From Kofleriaceae bacterium (GTDB lineage Bacteria > Myxococcota_A > Polyangia > Haliangiales > Haliangiaceae): DNA of 64,000 bases. Positions 19,384 to 28,856 of the stretch are shown in pieces; the stretch's first letter is position 1; every line of letters begins with the position of its first letter. The stretch lies in assembly GCA_965215005.1 (NCBI GenBank), contig CBDCCZ010000018.1, positions 256,001 to 320,000 of the forward strand, written 5' to 3'. The notes below the pieces were generated by a model, which saw only the letters and a list, made by a program, of their open reading frames with translations, was not told the DNA's origin and searched no databases. Made by a program: the position numbers and the translations under genes.

Positions 19384-19959
19384 TTACTCCGCCGGCGATG
19401 CGAGCGCCGCACAATCAATCTCGGTCACTGACACGGTATCAGCGTCGCACGCCTCAGCTAGGAGTGCGAGGCTGCGCTGCTGTCGGCCTTCGGAGATGCA
19501 CGCGCAGGCATCGCGGGGCACCCAGAGCTCGAAATTGCGCACTCGCGCATCGCTGGCAGTCGCTAGCACACACATATCGGTGGTAATGCCAGAGAGGATC
19601 AAGCGCTCGGTGCCGAGCAACGTCAAGAGTTGGTCGAGCGGAGTTTGATAAAATCCGCTGCGATGCGGCTTGAGGATGAAGAAATCGCGCTCACGCGGCC
19701 GTAGCTGCCTCACGATATCGGCGCCTTTGGACTCAAGACACTGCTCGACCGTCTCTCGAAAGCTCGACCGCCAGCGGCCAAAGTTATCGTTGACGTAGAT
19801 GACCGGCACCTCCGCTTCATCGGCGCGCTCGCGCAAGGCCAAGACGTTCTCAACAATGGCCTTGGTGTTGGCCAGAAGCTCCTCGGCGCCGGGGTAGGCG
19901 AAATAATTGATAAAGTCGATGAGAAGGAGAGCCGCAGGGCAGCGCTGGCCATCGTTCAT
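19384..19959 (-). CDS. Isochorismatase-family cysteine hydrolase
   Basis: ALLLIDFIN, PVIYVND, KPHRSGFYQT and GITTDMCVLATA motifs. Confidence 0.9.
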   Translation of the reverse strand: MNDGQRCPAALLLIDFINYFAYPGAEELLANTKAIVENVLALRERADEAEVPVIYVNDNFGRWRSSFRETVEQCLESKGADIVRQLRPRERDFFILKPHRSGFYQTPLDQLLTLLGTERLILSGITTDMCVLATASDARVRNFELWVPRDACACISEGRQQRSLALLAEACDADTVSVTEIDCAALASPAE

Positions 19960-20023
19960 GTCGGAGAGGGTAGCGCGGTTGACGCCTCGCTGCCGCGGCG
20001 TCGGGATCCGCTACAGTAAAGAC

Positions 20024-20893
20024 GTGCGTGCGCGAATCGAGCTTCCGATCGTCGCGTTGTTAGCGCTGAGCGTCGTGGCCAGCAAGCCAACACGAGCTGA
20101 CAGCCGCAGCGCGCAAAGCGAGATTTGGAGCGGGTTTACGCGCCCGCACGCGGGTCCCGCGCAGGCCATTGGCTCGTACGGCAACGGGTGCTTGCAAGGC
20201 GCCGCTCGCGTCCCGCGCCGCGGGAAAGGCTTTCGCGTGGTGCGGCCATGGCGCAACCGGCATTGGGCGCATCCGCAGACCATTGCGTTGCTTCGCGATC
20301 TGGGTCGCCGACTCGCGCGCCGCGGGTTGGGCGCAATGCTCATCGCCGACGTCGCGCAACCGCGAGGCGGTCCCGCGCCCAGCGGACACGCCAGCCATCA
20401 AACCGGTCTGGATGCCGACATCTGGTTCGCCACGCCGGCGCAAGCGCGACGCGCCGGCTCGCGGCGGCTCCTGCAACCGGTCTCCTTGATCGACGGCACG
20501 CGCAAGACCACCAGCAAGCACTGGCGACGACGCACCGAGCTGCTGCTGCGTTGGGCGGCCGAGGATGCGCGCGTCTCACGTATTTTCGTTCACCCGCTGA
20601 TCAAGCAGCGGCTGTGCCACAAGACCCGCGGCGACCGCACCTGGCTGCGCAAGATTCGTCCTTGGTGGGGACATCACGAGCACTTCCACGTGCGTCTGGT
20701 GTGTCCTGCCAGGAGCACCGACTGCACGCCACAGGCGGACATCCGCGATGGCGATGGCTGCGACAAGCTGCAGTGGTGGCTTGCCGAGCGCGCCAAGCGC
20801 GACCGCACGAGCGGCCAAGCGAGCTACCAAACGCGGATTCGTGCCCGGCCGCCGATGCCCACCGGTTGCGCCACCGTGCAAACGAAGCAGTAG
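20024..20893 (+). CDS. mepA: Penicillin-insensitive murein endopeptidase
   Basis: Signal peptide; IGSYGNGCLQG, RNRHWAHP, PRGG..SGHASHQTGLDADIW and RPWWGHHEHFHVRL.CP motifs. Confidence 0.92.
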   Translation: MRARIELPIVALLALSVVASKPTRADSRSAQSEIWSGFTRPHAGPAQAIGSYGNGCLQGAARVPRRGKGFRVVRPWRNRHWAHPQTIALLRDLGRRLARRGLGAMLIADVAQPRGGPAPSGHASHQTGLDADIWFATPAQARRAGSRRLLQPVSLIDGTRKTTSKHWRRRTELLLRWAAEDARVSRIFVHPLIKQRLCHKTRGDRTWLRKIRPWWGHHEHFHVRLVCPARSTDCTPQADIRDGDGCDKLQWWLAERAKRDRTSGQASYQTRIRARPPMPTGCATVQTKQ

Positions 20894-20900
20894 CGGCGCA

Positions 20901-22295
20901 TCACGCGAGATGCTCGGCGGCGCGCCGCAGGTCGGCGGCCAACTCGCGGAGCCGCCGCGGATCATCGCCGGCGCGGAGGATCGCTGCCGGGTGCCAGGTG
21001 ACAGTGACGCTGGTTTGTCGCGGGCCGGGATAGAGCAAGCCACGACCGCCGCTCACCGAGATGCGGCGCCCAAGCAACGACAACGCGGCGCTCTGTCCCA
21101 GCGCCACGACCGCCTGCGGTCGCACCAGCTCGAGCTCGAGCTCGAGCCACGGCCGACAACGCTCAATCTCGCCGGCGTCGGGCCGTTGATGCAAACGACG
21201 CTTGCCGCGCTGGCTAAACTTGAAGTGCTTCACCGCATTGGTGACGTAGATGGCGGATCTGTCGATGCCTGCGGCGGCCAGCGCGGTATCGAGAACTCGC
21301 CCCGAAGGACCGACGAACGGCCGACCGGCCAAATCTTCTTCATCGCCCGGTTGCTCGCCTACCAGCATTAGCGCCGCCGGCGCTGAGCCCTCACCAAACA
21401 CGGTTTGATTGGCGGGCGCGAACAACTCGCAGCCACGGCAGCTTGCGGCGCATTGCTGGGCTAGAGGCAGACTCGACTGCGCAGGCAGAAAGTCGCGCGC
21501 GCTGGGCTGGCCGCTCAACATCATGGTGGTGCGCTCTTGCGCCTGTTGTACCAGCTTCGGAATCAGCGGCGCCTCGGGCAGCGTCGACCAATGCTTCTTG
21601 GGCATCTCCGTGCGCATGGCGGTCAGGTTGAGCCGCGCCGGGTTGAATGTGGCCGCGTAGTAGGTTCGCCACAACGCATCCAGCTCATCGCCCGCGGGGG
21701 CTCGCGAACGCGGCGCTCCGGGGCCGAATCGCAATTGTTGACCATCCCACGCCACCGATTCGTCCGGGGTCATCAGCATCCAGCGCATGGCGGCAAAGCG
21801 CTCCGCGAAAAACGGCGCGACCAGCGGCAACACGCGGTGCTCCGCGCGATGCCACGCCACCCATCGCTCCCCAACATCATCTTCTAGGCGGCAAAATCGC
21901 ACGAACGCTTTGGTCTTATGGGCGTCGCGGCGAACCGCGTCGGCAAGCGCACGCGCGGTCGCGACGTCGCGATCGGCGGCATCCTCGAGGAGCTCGGGGC
22001 TCACGCGGCACAGCCGCCAGAGCAGCCGGTACAGAAGCTGCCAACGAGATGGATCGCGATGCTGAGCGACGAGCCGCGCCATCGCCAGAAATCGCCGCGG
22101 AACCCGCGCATCGCGTGTTGCGCCAGCACTGCACGCATTGGCCCGCAGCGCGGTCGGCGCGGCACTAGCAAAGAGGTCGGCTTGCGCGGCGCTCGGGTCA
22201 CACAGCTGGAGCATCTGGGGCGCTTCGCCCGCCGCTAGCAGAGAGCGCGCGCGCTTCCTCCAATCGGCATAATTTTCGACCTCGATGCGCCTCAA
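20901..22295 (-). CDS. udgX: DUF4130-UdgX fusion (uracil-DNA-binding protein)
   Basis: N-terminal HKTKAFVRF...FAERF...LWRTYY..FNPAR...EMPKKHW.TLPE (DUF4130). C-terminal CRGC, VGEQPGDEED, GRPFVG, NAVKHFKF..RGKRRLHQ and HPAAILR (UdgX). Confidence 0.9.
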   Translation of the reverse strand: MRRIEVENYADWRKRARSLLAAGEAPQMLQLCDPSAAQADLFASAAPTALRANACSAGATRDARVPRRFLAMARLVAQHRDPSRWQLLYRLLWRLCRVSPELLEDAADRDVATARALADAVRRDAHKTKAFVRFCRLEDDVGERWVAWHRAEHRVLPLVAPFFAERFAAMRWMLMTPDESVAWDGQQLRFGPGAPRSRAPAGDELDALWRTYYAATFNPARLNLTAMRTEMPKKHWSTLPEAPLIPKLVQQAQERTTMMLSGQPSARDFLPAQSSLPLAQQCAASCRGCELFAPANQTVFGEGSAPAALMLVGEQPGDEEDLAGRPFVGPSGRVLDTALAAAGIDRSAIYVTNAVKHFKFSQRGKRRLHQRPDAGEIERCRPWLELELELVRPQAVVALGQSAALSLLGRRISVSGGRGLLYPGPRQTSVTVTWHPAAILRAGDDPRRLRELAADLRRAAEHLA

Positions 22296-23545
22296 AGCTG
22301 CCCATCCCGCGCGCTTGCGCCCGCTTCAAACAGCTCGAGCTGCCGTGCCTTAGGCCGCAGCCGCGCTGCGAGCTTGGCGCTCTCGAGCTCGCCGGCGCCG
22401 GGGCCGTGACCGACACAGACGATGAACGGCAGCGCGCGCTTTACCGCCAACCGAAGCCGCCGCAAATCTTCGAGTCGGATGGCGCGCTGCCGGCGAATCG
22501 CCAGCAGCCGCGTCACGCTGCGCGCGCCGATGCCGGGAATGCGCAGCAGCATCTCGCGGTCGGCGCGATTGAGGTCGAGCGGGAACACGTGGCGGTGGCG
22601 CAGCGCCCACGCCAGCTTCGGATCCATCTCGAGCGATAGGTTGGGAGATTCGTCGGTGGTGAGCTCTTCGGCCGTAAAGCCATAGAAGCGCATCAGCCAA
22701 TCGGCTTGATACAGACGATGCTCACGAACCAGCGGCGCGGGCTTGCTCGGCAACAGCGGGCTCGCCGAGGGGATCGGACTGAATGCGCTGTAATAGACTC
22801 GCCGCAGCGCGTGCTCGGCGTACAGCGCCGACGAGCGGTGCAACAGGCTTCGGTCAGGGCTGGGGGTCGCGCCGACGATCATCTGGGTGGATTGACCTGC
22901 CGGCGCAAACGCCGGCGCCGCCGTTCCACGTAGGGAGCGATCGTTACTCGCGCGACAGCGACGATGTATTTCGCCCATGGTGGAGTCGACCGCAGCCATG
23001 GTCTTGGCGGGCGCCAACCGTTGCAGATCGGCATCGCTCGGCAGCTCGACGTTGGCGCTGAGGCGATCGGCGTGAACGCCGGCGGCGGCCACGGCTTCCG
23101 CAGAGGCGCCTGGAACCGCTTTGAGATGGATATAGCCGCCAAAGCCCTCCTCCACCCGCAGCCGGCGCGCCACCTCAGTGAGCTCGGCCATGGTGTCATC
23201 GGGGCTTCGCACGATGCCGGAGCTGAGAAACAAGCCTTCGATGTAGTTGCGGCGATAGAAGTCCATCGTGAGCCGAACCAGCTCGGCCACCGAGAACGCC
23301 GCGCGCGGCACCGACGACGAAACCCGGTTCACGCAGTAGCGGCAATCGTAGATGCAGGCGTTGGTGAAGAGCACCTTGAGCAGCGAGACACATCGGCCAT
23401 CGGGGGTGTAGCTATGGCAAATACCCATGCCTTGGGTGCTGCCGAGCCCGGTTTTCGTGCCCGCACGGCGCGAGCCGCTAGAGGCGCACGAAGCATCGTA
23501 TTTGGCCGCGTCGGCCAGCACTCGCAGCTTCTCCGACAGTTGCAC
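22292..23545 (-). CDS. Putative DNA modification/repair radical SAM protein with HhH domain
   Basis: DAAKYDASCASSG, GICHS..PDGRC, CIYDCRYC, REHRLYQADWL and LLRIPGIG motifs. Start set at GTG 23545 (alternative 23560). Overlaps udgX. Confidence 0.93.
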   Translation of the reverse strand: MQLSEKLRVLADAAKYDASCASSGSRRAGTKTGLGSTQGMGICHSYTPDGRCVSLLKVLFTNACIYDCRYCVNRVSSSVPRAAFSVAELVRLTMDFYRRNYIEGLFLSSGIVRSPDDTMAELTEVARRLRVEEGFGGYIHLKAVPGASAEAVAAAGVHADRLSANVELPSDADLQRLAPAKTMAAVDSTMGEIHRRCRASNDRSLRGTAAPAFAPAGQSTQMIVGATPSPDRSLLHRSSALYAEHALRRVYYSAFSPIPSASPLLPSKPAPLVREHRLYQADWLMRFYGFTAEELTTDESPNLSLEMDPKLAWALRHRHVFPLDLNRADREMLLRIPGIGARSVTRLLAIRRQRAIRLEDLRRLRLAVKRALPFIVCVGHGPGAGELESAKLAARLRPKARQLELFEAGASARDGQL

Positions 23546-23552
23546 CAGCTCA

Positions 23553-23568
23553 CTGTACACAGTTTCAG
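23553..23568. promoter_or_regulatory. Candidate LexA (SOS) box
   Basis: CTGTACACAGTTTCAG is CTG-N10-CAG and is close to the Myxococcus consensus CTRHAMRYBYGTTCAGS. It overlaps a TACAGT -10-like hexamer on the minus strand. Confidence 0.6.
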
Positions 23569-23610
23569 GTACCGAGCAACGAGCTGCGAGAATCGCTGAG
23601 AGGCGGCCGT

Positions 23611-23907
23611 TCAGCTATCGACGCGCATCCGCGCCGGCCAATACACCACGTGACCGGCGCGCACGATGGTGTCGAGAAAGTGGATGAGCTCCATCGCCTT
23701 GTTGGGCTCCTCGAAGAACTCCACGACCACAGGACCCGTGGTCGCCGAGTCCGATGGACCTACGCCGCGTTCGCCGCGAAAGGTGGTGAGGCCAGAGACT
23801 TTGCCCCAACCAAGGAGTCGCTCTTCGAGCTTCGCGGCTCTGGCGTCGTCTTCGGACATGTACACACGCACCACCATCACATCAATCGAACGGGGCATTG
23901 CGCCCAT
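23611..23907 (-). CDS. DUF190 (PII-like) protein
   Basis: VVRVYMSE...GLTTFRGERGVG...PVVVEFFE pattern. Confidence 0.7.
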   Translation of the reverse strand: MGAMPRSIDVMVVRVYMSEDDARAAKLEERLLGWGKVSGLTTFRGERGVGPSDSATTGPVVVEFFEEPNKAMELIHFLDTIVRAGHVVYWPARMRVDS

Positions 23908-24011
23908 CCTAGTTCAGAAGCCGGGTCCGTGGGTCGCTGCGTGCGCTGGCTGCTTGCGAGTTGCCGGGCCCGCGCTTGCTCGGGTGCGCATGCTGAGCAA
24001 TCATCGCGCCG

Positions 24012-26288
24012 ATGCACGCCAGATCCTTTCGTCTCGCTGGGCTACCGCAGCCCCACTACAGCGCTGCGCTGGCGCTGCTGCTAGCAATTGCGGGCCCCGG
24101 ATGCGGCGATAAGCGCCGCGCCAGCGATACCGGCAGCGCCGCCACCACCTCGGCGACGTCACCAGCAACGGCAGTGACGGCAGCCCGAGCTCCAACAACT
24201 CCGCCGCTGGCGATTGACGGCCCAGTCTTTGATTTAGCGGCAAACGAGTTACTCGTTCACACCTACGACCGCGACGGCGCCCTGGTGGTTCCCGTTGCTA
24301 GCGAGGCGCTGCGCAAGTACGTCACCGAGTATAAGAATCCGTGGGGCGCCGTCGTCCGCGTCGATGCCCACCCGGGGCGGGCGTTGACGAGTCGCAGCGC
24401 GCGCTTGCAGCTGCCGTGGCTCGCCTCTGGAGAGGCGACCCTGCGCCTGCGCGTTCACGGCGTCGCCGCCGGGCAGCGCGTATCGGTCTTCGTCAACGGC
24501 ACCAACGTCGCCAACGAGAGTCTGCAAGCCGATTGGCAGGTGGCCACGATAGCGCTGGGCACCCTGGCAGCCGGTGAGGTCGAGCTCCGCCTCACCTTCG
24601 GCAAGCGCGGCAGCGCCGGCGATACCTCTGCCTACGCGCTCGTGCATTCCTTAGACGTAGCCCCGGGCGCCCCGCAGGCAACCGATGCCAGTGAGTACCC
24701 GCCGCTGTCGCCAGTCGCCGAGGTCGAGGGCGTCCCCGCTCTCACCGGCTTTGCCAGCTATGCCATGTACTTGGAAGCGCCGCCCGATGCATTCTTGACC
24801 CTGCGTACTCGTGGCAGCGGCGGCTTCGCGGTCCGTGCACGTCCAGCGGTCGGCGAGGCCGTCACGCTTCTCGAAGCAGAGCAATCCAGCGGCGACACCG
24901 AGCGGCGCATCTCGCTAGCGCCGATCGCTGGCGAATTGGTGCGCCTGGAGCTCACCGCGCCCGCACCAATCGCAGCGCTGCTCGAGCCAACGATTGCGCT
25001 GGTGGAGGTGGATGAGCGCCCGGCCCCACCACCCGTCGAGAACGCGATTCTTTGGGTGGGCGATGCGTTGCGCTCGGACAAGCTCGCGCTCTACGGAGAG
25101 ACTCGCGTGCAGACGCCGCGCATCACGGCGCTCGGCAAACAGCGAGGCATCGCGTTTCTCAACAATCAAGCAGCTTCGCCCTCGTCCCCGCCCTCGCATG
25201 CCAGCATCCAAACCGGCATGATTCCGCGCGTGCACGGCATCGTCGGCGACTCCTCCAAGGTCGCAGCCGGCACCCCGCTACTATCGAGTCAGCTCGAAGC
25301 AGCCGGAGTCAAGACCGCCTACGTCGGCAACAATCCCTTCGGCATGGCTCGGCTCGAGGAGCCAGGAAACTGGACCTGGTTTCGGCAGCCGGGTCGCGAA
25401 GGCAAGAGCCACGACTGCTCAGTGATGGTCGAGCTCATGCTCGAGTTCGCCAAAACCCAGCACGATGCCGGCAAGCGGTTCTTTATCTCGTCGCTCGCCT
25501 ATGAGCCGCACACCCCCTATCGATTTCACGAAGGCATTACCGAGAAGTACTTTGCAGGACCGTACCCGCCGCCGATCGGCACCAGCGCGAGTACCGTGCT
25601 CGACGACATCAACGCCGGCCGCCTCAAGCCGACGCCCGAGCAGTGGAAGCAGCTTATCGCCCTTCACGACGGCGAGATCGAGTACATGGACGGCTGCGTC
25701 GGCAGCTTGCTCGATGGGCTCGAAGAGATGGGGGTGCTCGAGAACACCGCCTTCATCCTCACCTCCGACCACGGCGAGGGATTCTGGGAGCATCAGCATC
25801 TGGGGCACGCATGGGGGCACAATGCTGAGGTTGCCAACGTGCCGCTGGTGATCGTTTCGCCGGGGCTGACGAGTGAAGGACGCACCATCGACACCGTCAC
25901 CAGTCACCTCGACATCACGCCAACGATCCTGGCGCTGATGGGCGTCGAGCCGGCGCCGCAGATTCAAGGACAGAGCCTGCTGCCGCTGATCGCGCGCAAC
26001 GGCCCGTGGACGCCCCGGGTGGTGCCGCTCGAGTACGGCCGCAGCTTTTCGCTGCGCGCGCGCGACTGGCGCTACATCACCGACTACGCCGGCGGCGAGA
26101 CCCTATTTCATCTCGCCGAGGATCCCGGCGAGCAGCGCGAGCTTGGGGCAGAGAGGCCCATCGCGCTGCGCTACTTTCGCGACCTCACCGGCGTATTTCT
26201 CGCGCACCGGCAGGATTGGCGGATGGCGAGCTGGGGGCCACTGAACAACCACCAGTCGGCGTTTCTCGAGCACCTTGGGATCCGCTAG
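24012..26288 (+). CDS. Sulfatase-superfamily lipoprotein
   Basis: Lipobox-like [48 protein letters not shown] and HLDITPTIL motifs. Confidence 0.88.
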   Translation: MHARSFRLAGLPQPHYSAALALLLAIAGPGCGDKRRASDTGSAATTSATSPATAVTAARAPTTPPLAIDGPVFDLAANELLVHTYDRDGALVVPVASEALRKYVTEYKNPWGAVVRVDAHPGRALTSRSARLQLPWLASGEATLRLRVHGVAAGQRVSVFVNGTNVANESLQADWQVATIALGTLAAGEVELRLTFGKRGSAGDTSAYALVHSLDVAPGAPQATDASEYPPLSPVAEVEGVPALTGFASYAMYLEAPPDAFLTLRTRGSGGFAVRARPAVGEAVTLLEAEQSSGDTERRISLAPIAGELVRLELTAPAPIAALLEPTIALVEVDERPAPPPVENAILWVGDALRSDKLALYGETRVQTPRITALGKQRGIAFLNNQAASPSSPPSHASIQTGMIPRVHGIVGDSSKVAAGTPLLSSQLEAAGVKTAYVGNNPFGMARLEEPGNWTWFRQPGREGKSHDCSVMVELMLEFAKTQHDAGKRFFISSLAYEPHTPYRFHEGITEKYFAGPYPPPIGTSASTVLDDINAGRLKPTPEQWKQLIALHDGEIEYMDGCVGSLLDGLEEMGVLENTAFILTSDHGEGFWEHQHLGHAWGHNAEVANVPLVIVSPGLTSEGRTIDTVTSHLDITPTILALMGVEPAPQIQGQSLLPLIARNGPWTPRVVPLEYGRSFSLRARDWRYITDYAGGETLFHLAEDPGEQRELGAERPIALRYFRDLTGVFLAHRQDWRMASWGPLNNHQSAFLEHLGIR

Positions 26289-26330
26289 TGGTTTACGGCG
26301 CAAATCCTAAACGGCTAGCCAAGCAACCAT

Positions 26331-26493
26331 CGCTTGGAGAGACGCCGAAGGGAGCACAGGGCAGCAGAGATGCCGCCTTTGCCGCGCATCCGGGCGGCGG
26401 AAGTGTCATGGAGCCCGCAGCTTGGTACCGATTCGCGCGCTTGCTCGAACTGCAGCGAGCTGCCATAACAGCGCCCTTCGGCGGCGCCAAGTG
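26331..26493. other. Long imperfect inverted-repeat structure directly upstream of glnS
   Basis: Nested stems CGCTTGG/CCAAGTG, CGCCGAAGGG/CCCTTCGGCG and GGCAGC/GCTGCC, plus an internal hairpin GCCGCC/GGCGGC. Confidence 0.5.
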
Positions 26494-26501
26494 AGATCTA
26501 C

Positions 26502-28820
26502 GTGAGCGACACACCTTTGCAAGAAGAGTCCACCGACTTCATTCGCGAGATCGTCGCGCGCGACGTTCGCGAGGGCACCTATGGGGGCCGCGTCGCTACT
26601 CGCTTCCCCCCCGAGCCCAACGGCTATCTGCACATCGGCCACGCCAAAGCGATCTTCATCGATTTTGGCATCGCAGAAGAGTTCGGCGGCGTCTGCAACC
26701 TGCGCTTCGACGACACCAATCCCACCAAAGAAGAGCGCGAGTACGCCGAGGCGATCGCTCGCGACGTTCGCTGGCTCGGCTGCGACTATGGTGAGCAGGT
26801 GTTCTATGCCTCGGACTACTTCGAGCGCATGTACGAGCTCGCCGAGAAGCTGATCGAAAGCGGCAAAGCCTACGTAGACGAGTCGACCGAGGCCGAGATC
26901 CGGCAGCTGCGCGGCTCCCTCACCGAGCCGGGCCGCCCGAGCCGCTATCGCGATCGCCCATCCGCGGACAGCCTGGCGCTGTTTCGCCGCATGCGCGCCG
27001 GTGAGCTCGCCGACGGCGCCGCGGTGCTGCGCGCCAAGATCGACCTCGCCGCGGCCAACATGAAGATGCGCGATCCGCTGCTCTATCGGATCCGCAAGGC
27101 TCACCACGATCGTACCGGCGATGCCTGGTGCATCTATCCTATGTACGACTACGCGCATCCACTATCGGATGCGTTCGAGCGCATTACCCACTCGCTGTGC
27201 ACTCTCGAGTTCGAGAACAACCGCGAGCTCTACGACTGGGTGGTGCGCGAAACCGGCGTCGAGTGGACGCCACGGCAGTATGAATTCGCCCGCCTCGCCG
27301 TGGGTTACACCATCACCAGCAAGCGCAAGCTCTTGCATCTGGTGAAAGACGGCCATGTCACCGGCTGGGACGATCCGCGCATGCCGACCATCGCCGCAAT
27401 GCGACGGCGCGGCTATACGCCCTCGGCGCTGCGACGGTTCTGCGATCTAGTGGGCGTTGCCAAGCACAACAGCTTGGTCGATATCGGCAAGCTCGAGTAT
27501 GCGCTGCGCGATGATCTGAACCCCGTGGCACCGCGGGTGATGTGCGTTCTCGAGCCGCTCAAGGTGGTGCTGACCAACCTGCCAGAAACGCACCGCGAGG
27601 AGTTGCAGGCGCCCTACTTCCCCCGCGACATCGGCAAAGAAGGCGAACGTGCGGTACCGTTTGGCCGCGAAATTTACATCGAACGCGACGACTTTCGCCG
27701 CGAGCCCCCCGCCAAGTTTCGCCGCTTGGCGCCTGGGCGTACAGTGCGACTGCGCTACGGCTACTGCATCACCTGCGAGGACGTGATCGAAGATGCTCAG
27801 GGCGCGGTGGTGGAGCTGCGAGCGCGCGTTCACCTCGAGACCACCCGCGGCGCCAATCCAGAGGGCCTCGAGGTCGCGGGCGTCATTCACTGGGTGGATG
27901 CTGCGAGCTCCCTGCCGGCAGAGGTGCGGCTCTACGACCGTTTGTTCACTGTTGAGAAGCCGGACGCCGGCGATGACTTCCTGTCGTACCTCAACCCCGA
28001 CTCGCTGCGCGTCTGCACCGGCGCGCGCATCGAGCGCAGCGTTGGCAGCGATTCGCCTGAGCTGCGCTATCAGTTCGAGCGTCAGGGCTACTTTTGGCAA
28101 GACCCCAGCGATTCACGTCCAGAGGCGCTGGTGTTTAGCCGCATCGTCACGTTGCGTGACTCGTGGGCGGCCGCTGCCACGCAGCCGCCGGCAGTCACGG
28201 TGGCCAAGAGCGAGCGTTCCAAGACTCGCCCGCCAAAGCGCTCGCCCCTCGAGGTGCGCACCGAAGCCCGCAGCCGCGATTCGCTCTTGGCCGACCGGTT
28301 TGCCCGCTATCAAGCCGAGCTCGGCCTTAGCCGCGACACAGCGGATCTCCTCACCGGCGATCGCGACGCCGGGCAGGTGTTCGAGCAAGCCATCGCCGTG
28401 ACGCCCAAGCACGAGGCGGTGGTCAACTGGATCATCAACGAGCTGCCGCGTGAGCTCGGTAGTCGCTCGCTTGCCGACACCGCGCTCACCGGCGGCGCGC
28501 TTGGCGCTTTGGTGGCTCTCGTCGAAGAAGGCACCATCAATGCGCCCGCGGGACGCGAAGTGTTGGCCGAGCTGGTGGCGCGCGGCGGCGAGCCGGCAGC
28601 GATCGTAGAGGCGCGTGGCCTTCAGCAAATCGATGACGACAGCGCGCTGCAAGCCATGGTCGAGGAGGTCATCGCTGCGCATCCCAGCGAGTGCCGCGCC
28701 TACCAGGACGGCAAGAAGGGCCTGCTTGGCTTTTTCGTCGGCCAGGTGATGAAGAAGTCGCGCGGCAAGGCCAACCCGCAGCGAGTCCAAGCGCTCCTCG
28801 CCGACCATCTCGACAACTAA
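26502..28820 (+). CDS. glnS: Glutamine--tRNA ligase with C-terminal GatB/YqeY domain
   Basis: TRFPPEPNGYLHIGH, RFDDTNP, ITHSLCTLEF, TSKRK, GWDDPRMPT and QFERQGYF. C-terminal YQDGKKGLLGFFVGQVMKKSRGKANP is YqeY-like. Confidence 0.96.
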   Translation: MSDTPLQEESTDFIREIVARDVREGTYGGRVATRFPPEPNGYLHIGHAKAIFIDFGIAEEFGGVCNLRFDDTNPTKEEREYAEAIARDVRWLGCDYGEQVFYASDYFERMYELAEKLIESGKAYVDESTEAEIRQLRGSLTEPGRPSRYRDRPSADSLALFRRMRAGELADGAAVLRAKIDLAAANMKMRDPLLYRIRKAHHDRTGDAWCIYPMYDYAHPLSDAFERITHSLCTLEFENNRELYDWVVRETGVEWTPRQYEFARLAVGYTITSKRKLLHLVKDGHVTGWDDPRMPTIAAMRRRGYTPSALRRFCDLVGVAKHNSLVDIGKLEYALRDDLNPVAPRVMCVLEPLKVVLTNLPETHREELQAPYFPRDIGKEGERAVPFGREIYIERDDFRREPPAKFRRLAPGRTVRLRYGYCITCEDVIEDAQGAVVELRARVHLETTRGANPEGLEVAGVIHWVDAASSLPAEVRLYDRLFTVEKPDAGDDFLSYLNPDSLRVCTGARIERSVGSDSPELRYQFERQGYFWQDPSDSRPEALVFSRIVTLRDSWAAAATQPPAVTVAKSERSKTRPPKRSPLEVRTEARSRDSLLADRFARYQAELGLSRDTADLLTGDRDAGQVFEQAIAVTPKHEAVVNWIINELPRELGSRSLADTALTGGALGALVALVEEGTINAPAGREVLAELVARGGEPAAIVEARGLQQIDDDSALQAMVEEVIAAHPSECRAYQDGKKGLLGFFVGQVMKKSRGKANPQRVQALLADHLDN

Positions 28821-28856
28821 CGCCGAGGGGTGCGGCTTCGGCGGTGACCAGATTGG

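Noticed and set aside
26334..26375. Glycine riboswitch
   Set aside because: GGAGAGA and CGCCGAAGG are present, but there is no P2 stem and no CUCAGG core, and the downstream gene is not glycine-related.
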